DNA of 64,000 bases from assembly GCA_964016885.1 (NCBI GenBank), contig OZ024759.1, positions 10,292,001-10,356,000 of the forward strand. The letters are read 5' to 3'. Source of the stretch: Eledone cirrhosa (Eukaryota). Positions 11,756-24,654 of this stretch are shown here, one piece after another. The notes below the pieces were generated by a model. It saw only the letters and a program-made list of their open reading frames with translations. It had not been told where the DNA came from and did not search any database. The translations under genes were made by a program, and so were the position numbers. Position 1 is the first letter of the stretch. Each line of letters opens with the position of its first letter.

Positions 11756-12952
11756 CCGTGTCAGATTTAGGACAACTGAGGCCCTGGGCTAGATAGGTTA
11801 TGAGGCCCCGGGCTCCATAGGACAAATGAGGCCCTGGGTTAGATAAGTTATGAGGCCCTGAGCTAGATAGGACAACTGAGGCCCTGGGCTAGATAAGTTA
11901 TGAGGCCCTGAGCTAGATAGGTTATGAGGCCCTGGGTTAGATAAGTTATGAGGCCCTGGGTTAGATAGGACAACTGAGGCCCTGGGCTAGATAAGTTATG
12001 AGGCCCTGAGCTAGATAGGACAACTGAGGCCCTGGGTTAGATAGGTTATGAGGCCCTGAGCTAGATAGGTTATGAGGCCCTGGGCTAGATAAGTTATGAG
12101 GCCCTGAGCTAGATAGGACAACTGAGGCCCTGGGCTAGATAAGTTATGAGGCCCTGAGCTAGATAAGTTATGAGGCCCTGGGCTAGATAAGTTATGAGGC
12201 CCTGAGCTAGATAGGACAACTGAGGCCCTGGGCTAGATAGGACAACTGAGGCCCTGGGCTAGATAAGTTATGAGGCCCTGGGTTAGATAAGTTATGAGTC
12301 CCTGGGCTCGATAGGACAACTGAGGCCCTGGGTTAGATAAGTTATGAGGCCCTGAGCTAGATAGGACAACTGAGGCCCTGGGTTAGATAAGTTATGAGGC
12401 CCTGAGCTAGATAGGACAACTGAGGCCCTGGGTTAGATAAGTTATGAGGCCCTGAGCTAGATAGGACAACTGAGGCCCTGGGTTAGATAAGTTATGAGGC
12501 CCTGAGCTAGATAGGACAACTGAGGCCCTGGGTTAGATAGGACAACTGAGGCCCTGAGCTAGATAGGACAACTGAGGCCCTGGGCTAGATAAGTTATGAG
12601 GCCCTGAGCTAGATAGGACAACTGAGGCCCTGGGTTAGATAGGACAACTGAGGCCCTGAGCTAGATAGGACAACTGAGGCCCTGGGCTAGATAAGTTATG
12701 AGGCCCTGAGCTAGATAGGACAACTGAGGCCCTGGGTTAGATAGGACAACTGAGGCCCTGAGCTAGATAGGACAACTGAGGCCCTGGGCTAGATAAGTTA
12801 TGAGGCCCTGGGTTAGATAGGTTATGAGGCTGATTTGAATGTTTGACATTTGAAAAATTCATTGTAAAAAAGTTTTTTGTCAGGAAGATGTGCCCCTACC
12901 TCCCCTGGCCAACGGGGCCCTGTGCTTAACAACGACGGTAAATCCGGCGCTG
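11756..12952. mobile_element. hAT-like MITE with expanded 24/26-bp internal minisatellite, inserted in an old RTE remnant
   Basis: Perfect 8-bp TSD CAACTGAC (11748-11755 and 12953-12960). Imperfect TIR CCGTGTCAGATTTA / TAAATCCGGCGCTG. The flanks encode contiguous RTE-like peptide (LNVENE..., KEMKNGK...IVTQMLK). Confidence 0.82.
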
Positions 12953-13199
12953 CAACTGACCCGACAAAGGGTTCAGCTATCGAAATTTACAGTTATAGAG
13001 ACCAACAACCAAGGAAATGAAAAATGGTAAGATTGTTGGCCTATCAGAGATCGTCACTCAGATGTTAAAATGGAGTCATATCCAGTGATTAGCAATAATT
13101 GCAACAAGGGTAAAGGTGATGTGTTAGGAACAACTGCTGGGACATAAAACAGAAATGAGATGCAACTTGGTACCAGGAAGGAGTACAGATGCCCTCTTC

Positions 13200-13403
13200 T
13201 TAAACTGGCCGTATCCAGCCAGAATTCTCTCACCCTTTTCTGTTCAAACTGGCTGTAACTGGCCACTCATACTGATGTTAAGGCATTGTTCTCATTTTGA
13301 GAACAATACCTTAACATGAGTATGAGTGACCAGTTACAGCCAGTTTGAACAGAAAAAGGTAAGAAAATTCTGGCTGGATACGGCCAGTTTAAATGCTAAA
13401 GGG
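13200..13403. mobile_element. Fold-back palindrome made from one end of the piggyBac-like MITE
   Basis: Arms 13200-13294 and 13298-13392 with few mismatches; ends AATGCTAAAGGG|TTAA as at 5597. Confidence 0.85.
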
Positions 13404-13498
13404 TTAAGTGAGGTGGACTGAGACAGTTACAAATTTGCATGAAAGAGAAATGTATATGTAATGTTCATGCTTTTCTTAAGGACATTTTTGATGTAAGA

Positions 13499-13721
13499 CA
13501 GAGGTTCTCAAACTTTTGGGGCCACTACCCCCCTCATGGCCACATGATACCCTCAGCGACCCCCCCCCCCCCTATTTCCAGAGAGGCCTGCCTACACACA
13601 AATTGTAAATAATATATAATAAATAAAATCATTAATTTATATATAATATAACTAGCTGAGGTACCTGGAGAACAGAGAAAATGACTATTGGATGTGTTGT
13701 CTGTTATGAGGTGAAACTGTA

Positions 13722-13767
<46 letters not shown>

Positions 13768-14507
13768 CATAAAAAAACAATCATAAAACTTCCTTATTAG
13801 GCTGGGGAAGTAAACTGCTGATTAAATGGTAACATTGGCCTTGGATTTTAGATGTGAAATTACCATAGTCAGTATGATCTTTTTCAACTCCAAAGGACGT
13901 CATCTGAAACACAGCAATATACCACATAACATTGCTTCTGAAGTGTTTAGCTTCGTTAGTACGGACTGTAAGTAGTATATGGATAAAAGCTGGAGGGTAG
14001 ATTAATTTAAAATAGTATCAATTTTTCTTTGTTCTGTAAAATCAAAGACTGTAAAACTACTTTATAAAAGCTAACACAATATTGTTAAACCTTCCTATAG
14101 ATCAAAGGATCTATAGTTTAAGTTGTTTCTAGACTTTTCTGGGACGTTACTCTCTCTCTCTCTCTGAATATCTAACACTTTAATTGTATCTCTCTCTGAA
14201 TAACGACCTATCTCTCTCTTTCTGTCTCTCTCTCTTTAGATGTGTGTGTGTGTGGTTTTCGTGTGATTCAACCAACCAACCAACCAACCAATAAACATCT
14301 CTCTTTTATATTATATATAGATATACACTATGTATAAATAAATTTTTTTTTTTTTTTTTTATATATTTCTATATATGTATCATATGATATTTAACATAAC
14401 ATACTATTATATCATCTCTACCACCACCTGTTCCAGGTCCCAGCGCTCCCTGGATCTTCTCAATGCCCCCCTGTGGGGGATGGTAGCACCCACTTTGAGA
14501 ATCTCTG
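13499..14507. mobile_element. hAT/Charlie-like MITE with a nested insertion
   Basis: TIR CAGAGGTTCTCAAA / TTTGAGAATCTCTG; degenerate 8-bp TSD ATGTAAGA / GTGTAAGT; related copy at 44705-45277. Confidence 0.72.
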
Positions 14508-14571
14508 GTGTAAGTGAAGCTATTTGAAATTTAAAACAACTCCTGTATTTATCAACATTGCACTCTCATTA

Positions 14572-15106
14572 CTGTATTTCCCGGTGCTGAAGACACTTGA
14601 AAACAAATAATTGTTTCTACTTTTGGCACAAGGCCAGCAATTACCCAGTGTATTACTGGTACTTTATTTTATCAACCCCGTAAGGATGAAAGGCAAAGTT
14701 AACCTCGGTGGGATTTGAACTCAGAACGGCAAGGGCCGTAACTCTATGCGTCAAAGCATGGCGTCCGACACTCTACCGATACTGCCAATCCACCACCCTA
14801 TTGAAAACAAATAATTGTTTCTACTTTTGGCACAAGGCCAGCAATCACCCAGTGTATTACTGGTACTTTATTTTATCAACCCCGTAAGGATGAAAGGCAA
14901 AGTTAACCTCGGCGGGATTTGAACTCAGAATGTAAAGGGCCGTAACTCTATGCGTCAAAGCATGGCGTCCGACACTCTACCGATACTGCCAATCCACCAC
15001 CCTATTGAAAACAACTAATAAACAACCTTCGGCCTCCAGGACTCATGGTAGATTTTTGAGACTTATTTTAGGAACAAAGTAGAGTTTTTGATGCTGGGAA
15101 ATACAG
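14572..15106. mobile_element. pogo/Tigger-like MITE carrying two tandem SINE B copies (- strand, 14608-14800 and 14812-15003)
   Basis: TA|CTGTATTTCCC ... GGGAAATACAG|TA; TTGAAAACAA(A/C)TAA occurs three times around the two SINEs. Confidence 0.78.
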
Positions 15107-16414
15107 TAAATAGTTATTAGGATGATAGCCGTAGAGTGGCTGGAGTTGGTGGAGCTTCAAACAACATACGGCACAGAGTTATAGCCCTTTATGTTTGGAG
15201 TTCAAATACCACCGAGGTTACCTGTGCCTTTCATCCTTATGGGGTCAATAAACTAAAGTAATAGTAGCGTACTGAGGTCAATTTAATTGACTTACCCTTT
15301 CTTCTTCTTGGGCCCCTTATTCCGGAGAGGGTCAATGGGTGCAGAGTCCTCAAACACTCTCTCCAGCAGGTCCTGTCAGAAGCAACCACTTCCAACTGAC
15401 CCGGCTGGATCCCCAAGTGAGATCAGCCAAGCTCATGGGTGTTAGCCTTGCTTGGGGTCTACCCCTGGGTCTCCTACCTGTTATTTTGCCTGTAAAATTT
15501 GTCCAGCAATTCTTTCCTAAGATATTCTAACCACATGTCCATAGTAGGTGTCACGACAAAAAGCACCCAGTCCACACTGTGAAGTGATAGTGTAGGTTTT
15601 GTGACAAAAAAACACCCGGCCCACACTGTAAAGTGGTCATGTAGGATACACAACAAAACGTACCCAGGACACACAGTAAATGTGGTTGGCATTAGGAAGG
15701 GCTCCAGCCATAGAAAACCAGCCAGAAACAGTCCTATATGAGCAAGACATGGCCACCCGACCCAACTTGCCTCTAATGGGACAAACCCGTCTAACCCATG
15801 CTAGCATGGAAGATGGACATTAAATGATGATGATGATGATGATGACTCTGGCTAACAACAGGTGAAACTCCCTGTCTGCACTACAGGCCTACATGTGACT
15901 AGGTATACATATGCTACATGATGAACCTTGCACTACATATCATCCATCTTCTCCTATCACATTTGAACCTCATCAATGAGGTTCTCTGTAAGGGAACTCA
16001 AGTCAGCTCTGATTGTTTGGGTTGGTGATAACTTCACTGTTCCCCAGTATGTCACAGGTATGACATGAAATGCAGTTCAACTTGCATGTAGAGTCTTCCT
16101 TGGACCAACATCATCTCACCTGCACCTGGTCTGTTTTGCAGTCAAACAGTGGCACATGGATCAATTCAGTATCATCATCATCATCATCAACAGGTACCCT
16201 TCTTGATGTAAGTGGTGCACCCCCATCTGAGTGACGACTCTGCCCCTAGGCCTCTGTGTGTGTGAGCCACACAAATGCCATTGTGGAACCATGGCTGATG
16301 AGTTCAGACTAAATATGCCCCATTGTTGCCACAGCACAGATTAGTTCTCCCAGCACGCCATATTGAATAATGTCATAAGAAGAAGACTTGATGTGGCTGG
16401 TTTCTCGTCACAAC

Positions 16415-16890
16415 TGGAGCCTGCCAGTCTTGACTCTCTTTTACTCTTTTACCTGTTCCAGCCATCTGGCTGAGGCAATGCTGGAGCACCGCCCTTGTTG
16501 CTACACATTCTATCTCCAGCCTGTGTTGGTTAGCCATTGGTGCAATAGGGGGTTTGTTACTGCTGCCCTTAAGTTACCTTTGTACCATGCTGTGGGCTCA
16601 ACTGGGATCCTGGATAGCAGAGTGTCGAGATGTTTCTTAAAAACATCCATGTCCACACCATGCAGATCTCTCAAATTTCTTGGCAGCTTGTTGAAGAGTT
16701 GAGGGCCTTTGAACTCCAGGCTATTGCAATATCTGCTCCTTATTCTAGACGTGAAAGATGGGACCTTTGGCACCACACAGTGACGTCTTGTTCGGGGTTC
16801 GGTCCAACTCTCAATGCCAAAGTTTGGTGCTAGTCCCTCAAGGATCTTCCATATGTATATCACTGTGTACCTCTCCCGGCTTCGTTCCAA
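16415..16890 (-). mobile_element. CR1-group LINE 3' fragment
   Basis: ERSRERY..IYIWKILEGL...GPQLFNKLPRNLR...FKKHLDTLL: typical CR1-type post-RT C-terminus followed by a 3' UTR. Confidence 0.82.
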
Positions 16891-18039
16891 GGACTATGGT
16901 GATGGTAAATGCCCAAACGGGATAACCTTTTCTTTTCCCGTTCGAAGGAGATATATCTCTAATCTGGGGTACCACTAAGCTGTGGCACATTCTCCGTCTC
17001 CAGCTTGGGTACTGCTGTCTGTGCCCCGGAGGAGCGGTAGGTATTCAAAGGCCACAATCTGACTGACTACTTCGTTTTCATGCTGGCGACCCCGAACTGT
17101 CGTTTTCCACAGTAAAAAAAAAAAAATAAAGAAAATCGAAGGAAGCGTATCCTGCCTGAGGAAGGAACCCTATTAGGTGGTGTGGCTGATGCGACGAGTG
17201 TCGCTGGCTTTTTTCCGTGGTAATGCTGAGATATACCACTTATCCGGGAGTATAGAGGCTATGGCTCCCTCCCTTCCTCTTTACAAAATGTTTATGTAAA
17301 ATAAAATTTGCCAGTTTTAGTCATTAAAAATCAAGAAGACGGAGAAAAGTAGAGTAATGTGAACTTGGCTAAATTAAAACAGGGGAGATAACTCCTATGA
17401 ACTCATTATTTTCGTCTTCTTGTTTGTGACGTCATGGAATAACAGTAATGGCTGTTACTATGTTTGGTTTTGTCCTTAGCAAATTGATCTAAGGCCTTTC
17501 CACTGGAGAAAATTTTACGTTCCAGTGTTTGAAGGTAAGAAATTTACCAGGCAGTCGCCCTTCTTCTTCCACTTCTGTTTCTTATTTCTCTCTCTGGTTT
17601 CTGATAGTGACCTAGTCAGCTTGTATTTCTTGCTTTTCAGCTTGTGTCCGTGTTATGTAGTATCTGTTAACAACTGGTTACGAAATAAGGGGTCAATTTT
17701 CCACGCAATTGTTTACTTAGAATAGTCCCCGATATTATAACCATGACGCACATTCAACTATTTCTCCCTCCCCCTCTTCTAAATATATTTACCTGTAATG
17801 TATGTTTATATTTCCAAACTTAACAGTAAACGCTCCATTATTACACACAATCTGCTCTACGTCTCACTATATATCCTCTTACGAAATTTAATGTTTATTA
17901 TCATGACTATCATCATTGTTTTAATATCTTACTATTGTCTATGTTTATTAATTCCAACAGTTTGTAGTTTTAGTTGTTCAATTTAACTTAGCTGTCTTTC
18001 TGAGTAAACAAAGCAACACCCTCCCCTTGCCAATTATTA

Positions 18040-19070
18040 TTATTATTATTAACGGGGTCGATAAAATAAAGCACCAGTAATGTACTGAGGTAATTGCTGC
18101 CCTTGTGCCAAAAGTAGAAACAATTATTATTATTATTTTATTTAGTTGGGGCAATCTATGTTCTGGGTTCGCATCCCACATAGTTTAGCTTTGTCTTTGC
18201 TCCTGACGAGGTCGATAAAATAAAATACCAGTCAAGCACAGAGATCGATATAATCGACTTTCCCCCCTCCCCTCATATATTGTTGGTCTTGTGTCGAAAT
18301 CAGAACCATTAAATTGACCCCAGTGCGTTACTGGTAAAATAAAAATAAAGTACCAGTAACGCACTGGGGTCGAATTTAATCTACTTTCCTCTCCACAAAA
18401 TCTTGCTGGCCTTGTGCCTTAGTAGAAATAATTATTTTATTTAGTTAGGGTTATTTACATTCTGAGTCCCGATCCTGTTGAGTTCAACTTTGCCTTTCAT
18501 CCTGCCGAGGTCGATAAAATATAGTACCAGTAATGCACTGAGGTGAGGTCGATGCCATCAGTCCCCCCTCCACTCTATCTATCTATCTATCTCTCTCTCT
18601 CTCTCTCTCTATCTCTCTGTCTATCTCTATCTATCTCTCTGTCTATCTCTATCTATCTCTCTGTCTATCTATCTATCTCTCTGTCTATCTATCTCTATCT
18701 ATCTCCCTCTATCTCTCTGTCTATCTCCCTCTATCTCTCTGTCTATCTCTATCTATCTCTGTCTATCTATCTCTATCTATCTCTGTCTATCTATCTCTCT
18801 GTCTATCCATCTCTCTCTATCTCTCTCACTCTCTCTCTCTGTCTATCCATCTCTCTCTATCTCTCTCACTCTCTCTCTCTATCTCTATATATCTATCTAT
18901 CTATCTATCTCTATATCTCTATCTATATATATATCTCTCTCTCTCTCTATCTCTCTCTACCCATCTGTTTGTCTCTTTCTCTCTCTCTCTACATCTCTCC
19001 CTCCCCCCTCTATATGCATCTCTATATATAGCCCCCCCCCCTCTCTCGTGCTGGCCTTGTGCTTGTTGTA
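18040..19070. mobile_element. Cluster of SINE B fragments, with a (TC/TCTA)n microsatellite (18570-19030) expanded inside one tail
   Basis: Repeated GTCGATAAAATAAAGTACCAG and CTGGCCTTGTGC motifs. Confidence 0.75.
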
Positions 19071-19406
19071 ACAATTAGCTGGCTGTAAAGTACTACAAAT
19101 CGCCACACGATCCCAAGAAATACTATGGTGTACTATACTAGAATTATTACAACCTGCCTTCCGTATGTTTCCTCTTTCAGGTGTTCCCAGCCATTCTCTA
19201 TACTCATAAACACATACATCGGCAGAGAGAGAGAGAGGGGGGGGGGGACACATACATACAGACAGTCCCGCAAAAATGTATACACATCTAATAGAATACT
19301 GTTGAAGAGTGTATGTATTTTTTGGGATACCCTGTGTGTGTATATATATATTTATATATATATATATAGTTATGTAATAAACAACATAAGGCAATTATTT
19401 CATTTA

Positions 19407-19452
<46 letters not shown>

Positions 19453-19454
<2 letters not shown>

Positions 19455-19658
19455 GAGTAAGTAAGACCCCGACGGCTGAGCTCAAGCCGTTTCGACGGCT
19501 AATTCTGTACTGTATTAGCCGAGTACAGAATTAGCCGTCGAAACGGCTTGAGCTCAGCCGTCGGGGTCTTACTTACTCCTATTACCCACTCTACTACCCT
19601 AAGTATTGAGTACTTTGGTGCGTTATGGTCCACCTGGTTCCTTACCACTTTTCCTTCG

Positions 19659-19660
<2 letters not shown>
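19453..19660 (+). mobile_element. Penelope-like (PLE) terminal remnant: perfect 59-bp fold-back plus tail, flanked by (TA)n
   Basis: Arms 19453-19511 and 19522-19580. Contains a hammerhead 3' half, GAAAC-GGCT-loop-AGCC-GTC. Copies at 38864-39061, 56715-56914 and 42611-42668. PLE assignment is inferred. Confidence 0.65.
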
Positions 19661-19699
<39 letters not shown>

Positions 19700-19825
19700 C
19701 AAATGGAAACTATTTATATAACCATATTTATTTCATTATACATATGTTTTGTGTTGTTTATTATGTAATTAAATAACTGTACTATAGAGCACTCTTCTTT
19801 CTTTTACCTTTTTACGGAAATACTT

Positions 19826-19870
<45 letters not shown>

Positions 19871-19947
19871 ATACATACAGATCATCATCATCATCATCGT
19901 TTAACGTCCATCTTCCACGATAGCATGGGTTTGGACGGGAATTTTCC

Positions 19948-20524
19948 CACATATATATATACACACACACTTATATATACATACACACACACTTATATAT
20001 ACATACACACACACTTATATATACATACACACACACTTATATATACATACACACACACTTATATATACATACACACACACACTTATATATACATACACAC
20101 ACACACTTATATATACATACACACACTTATATATACATACACACACACTTATATATACATACACACACACTTATATATACATACACACACACTTATATAT
20201 ACATACACACATACATACATATATATATATATATACACATACACATACATACAGAGAGAGAGAGAGACAGGCACACACACACACACACAAACATATATAC
20301 AAACACACACGTATACGCATAGGGACAGAGAAACACACACAGATACATACGCACTCACATACAGAGAAATACTCATATATGTGCATACATATATATATAT
20401 ACGTATACATATATATATGCATGCATATATATATACACACACACATTCATACAAAGACACACATACATACAAGAGCGAGAGAGAGAGAGACACGCACACA
20501 TATATACACTTACACGCACGCACA

Positions 20525-20564
<40 letters not shown>

Positions 20565-20610
20565 CACACATACACACACACATACATACGCACTCACATA
20601 CAGAGAAATA

Positions 20611-20684
<74 letters not shown>

Positions 20685-20842
20685 TTCATACAAAGACACA
20701 CATACATACAAGAGCGAGAGAGAGAGACACACACACGCACACATACATACGCACTCACATACAGAGAAATACTCATATATATATATATATGTGCATACAT
20801 ATATATAAACGTATACATACATATATATATATATATATATGC

Positions 20843-20875
<33 letters not shown>

Positions 20876-21182
20876 TACATTCATACAAAGACACACATAC
20901 ATACAAGAGCGAGAGAGAGACGCACACATATATACACACCCACACATACCCCCTCCTCCACACACCTACCCCCTCCTCCACACACCTCCCCCCTCTCCAC
21001 ACACACCTCCCCCCTCCCCACACACATAAGCCCCCCACACACTGAGTTCTCCATTTCAAGGTCCTACTAACGGAAGACTTCGTTCTCAATTCTATGATAG
21101 GAAATGATCACCTTGTTGTTGTTAATCTGTTAGATTCTAGTTGGGAAAGGCATGAATACCACAACACAGCTCTATTGGTCGT

Positions 21183-21258
<76 letters not shown>

Positions 21259-21859
21259 GAGTACATGCATTACATCTAGTAACGCATACATACACATATA
21301 CATACACATATACATACACATATATACACATAAGCAACACACGTACAAATGCGCATACATACATACACACACTCATTGGCTCACACTCATATGCACACTG
21401 GTACATGCACACATACGTGCACACTCGTATATGCACACACATGCATGCACATATATGCTCTCACATGTGCACACATACACGCACACACATACACATACTC
21501 GCACGCAAATGCATACACATACACGCACGCAAATGCATACATATACACGCACGCAAATGTTCGCAAACACATACTCGCACGCAAATACACACACATACAC
21601 ATACTCGCACGCAAATACATACACGTACACGCACGCAAATGCATACACATACTCGCACGCAAATGTACGCATACACATACTCGCACGCAAATGTACGCAT
21701 ACACATACTCGCACGCAAATGCATACACATACTCGCAATCAAATGCATACTCATATACATACACGCACGCAAATGCACACACATACACATACTCGCACTT
21801 AAATGCATACACATATATATACATGCACGCAAATGCACACACATACTCGCACGTAAATG

Positions 21860-21918
<59 letters not shown>
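19948..21918. repeat. Compound (CA)/(TA) micro- and minisatellite field
   Basis: Units such as ACTTATATATACATACACAC and ACATACTCGCACGCAAATGC, plus dinucleotide runs. Confidence 0.9.
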
Positions 21919-21979
21919 TACGTTTAGTAAAATAATTTAATTATTTTCTGTTAGAAAATATTAAGACTGAAAAGATTGG

Positions 21980-22595
21980 CTATTATTTAAAGTAACAGTG
22001 ATATACTGAGGTCTGACTATTATTTAAAGTACCAGTGATATACTGGAGTCTGACTATTATTTAAAGTACCAGTGATATACTGAGGTCTGACTATTATTTA
22101 AAGTACCAGTAATGTACTGGAGTCTGACTATTTAAAGTACCAGTGATATACTGGAGTCTGACTATTATTTAAAGTACCAGTGATATACTGGAGTCTGACT
22201 CTTATTTAAAGTACCAGTGATATACTGGAGTCTGACTCTTATTTAAAGTACCAGTGATATACTGAGGTCTGACTCTTATTTAAAGTACCAGTGATATACT
22301 GGAGTCTGACTATTATTTAAAGTACCAGTGATATACTGGAGTCTGACTATTATTTAAAGTACCAGTGATGTACTGGAGTCTGACTATTTAAAGTACCAGT
22401 GATATACTGAGGTCTGACTATTATTTAAAGTACCAGTGATATACTGGAGTCTGACTATTATTTAAAGTACCAGTGATATACTGGAGTCTAACTATTATTT
22501 AAAGTACCAGTGATATACTGAGGTCTGACTATTATTTAAAGTACCAGTGATATACTGGAGTCTGACTATTATTTAAAGTACCAGTGATATATTGG
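21980..22595. repeat. 37-bp minisatellite (~16 copies) resembling the SINE B hairpin segment
   Basis: Unit TCTGACTATTATTTAAAGTACCAGTGATATACTGGAG versus SINE B AAAGTACCAGTAATG(C/T)ACTGG(A/G)GTC. Confidence 0.9.
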
Positions 22596-22729
22596 GTTGA
22601 GTATTGTTTATAAGGTTTGTTCGTTGATGAGAGCCCAGAAAATGTTATATAAATCTCTTTTATTTATATCTCGCTACTCCCACCTTGGAGCTATTTCAAC
22701 TAGAATCACCCGTATGGAAATATTCCTTC

Positions 22730-23140
22730 CTCTCTCTCACTCTTTCTCTCTCTCTCTCTCTCTCTCTACCCCTCTCTCTTTACTCTCTCATTCTCCCTCA
22801 CTCTCCCTCTCTCTCTCTCATCCCCTCTCTCTCTACTCTCTCTCATCTCTAATTCTCTCTCTCTCATCTCTCATTCTCTCTCTCTACTCTCTGATTCTCT
22901 CTCTCTCTCTCTACACTCTCTCTCATTCTCTCTCTACACTCTCTCTCATTCTCTCTCTCTCTACCTCTCTACTCATTCTCTTACTCTCTTTCTCTACTCT
23001 CTCTCTCTCTCTCTCTATCCCTCATTCTCTTACTCTCTCTATCCCTCATTCTCTCACTCTCACTCCAATCTTTCTCTCTTCTCCACTATCTCTCTCCCTC
23101 ATGCACTCTCTCTCACACTCTCCCTCTCCTCTCTCTCTGT
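22730..23140. repeat. (CT)n-rich low-complexity tract
   Basis: Polypyrimidine dinucleotide repeats. Confidence 0.9.
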
Positions 23141-23236
23141 ACAATAATCTCTCTAGTTATTGTTTTAGCCCAAGGTCAGTGCTGATCAAGCAGGCAGACC
23201 ACTGATCAGACAACCATTATCATTGTTTACTGTTTA

Positions 23237-23343
23237 GTGTATATACACTGTACTACATTGGTGTATATATATATATATATATATATATACACTGTACTAC
23301 ATTGGTGTATATATATATATATATACACTGTACTACATTGGTG

Positions 23344-23384
<41 letters not shown>

Positions 23385-23439
23385 TGTACTACATTGGTGT
23401 ATATATATATATATATATATACACTGTACTACATTGGTG

Positions 23440-23510
<71 letters not shown>

Positions 23511-23560
23511 TGTACTACATTGGTGTATATATATATATATATATACACTGTACTACATTG

Positions 23561-23598
<38 letters not shown>

Positions 23599-24175
23599 TG
23601 TACTACATTGGTGTATATATATATATATATACACTGTACTACATTGGTGTATATATATATATATACACTGTACTACATTGGTGTATGTATATATATATAT
23701 ATATACACTGTACTACATTGGTGTATGTATATATATATATATATATACTTTTCTACATTGGTGTATATATATATATACACTGTACTACATTGGTGTATAT
23801 ATATATATATATATATACACTGTACTACATTGGTGTATATATATATATATATATATACACTGTACTACATTGGTGTATGTAGATATATATATATATATAT
23901 ATACTGTTCTACATTGGTGTATATATATATATATATACTGTACTATATTGGTGTATATATATATATATATATATATATACATACACTGTACTACATTGGT
24001 GTATGTATGTATATATATATATATATATATACTGTACTATATTGGTGTGTATATATATATATATATATATATACTGTACTATATCGGTGTATATATATAT
24101 ACACTGTACTACATTGGTGTATGTATATATATATATACTGTACTACATTGGTGTATATATACTGTACTATATTGG

Positions 24176-24222
<47 letters not shown>

Positions 24223-24307
24223 TGTACTACATTGGTGTATATATACTGTACTATATTGGTGTATATATACTGTACTACATTGGTGTATATATACTGTACT
24301 ATATTGG

Positions 24308-24353
<46 letters not shown>

Positions 24354-24510
24354 ACTACATTGGTGTATATATATATATACTGTACTACATTGGTGTATAT
24401 ATACTGTACTATATTGGTGTATATATACTGTACTACATTGGTGTATATATATATATACTGTACTATATATGTATATATATATATACTGTACTACATTGGT
24501 GTATATATAT
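23237..24510. repeat. Minisatellite with constant core (C)ACTGTACTACATTGGTGTA and variable (TA)n spacers
   Basis: About 30 or more cores separated only by TA runs of varying length. Confidence 0.93.
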
Positions 24511-24654
24511 TGTGTATATACACTGCCTTATGTCCGTCCGTCCTTACTCTCCACTTTGTTTTAATATGGCAAGGTACAGTGTAATGTGGCTGCTATTTCT
24601 AGCAGGTTGAACGACCACTTGTGAATGGTGGAAAATAAAGGAGGAAGGACTGAA

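Noticed and set aside
23237-24510. CRISPR-like repeat-spacer appearance
   Set aside because: The spacers are only (TA)n of variable length, there are no cas genes, and the context is eukaryotic. It is a compound minisatellite.
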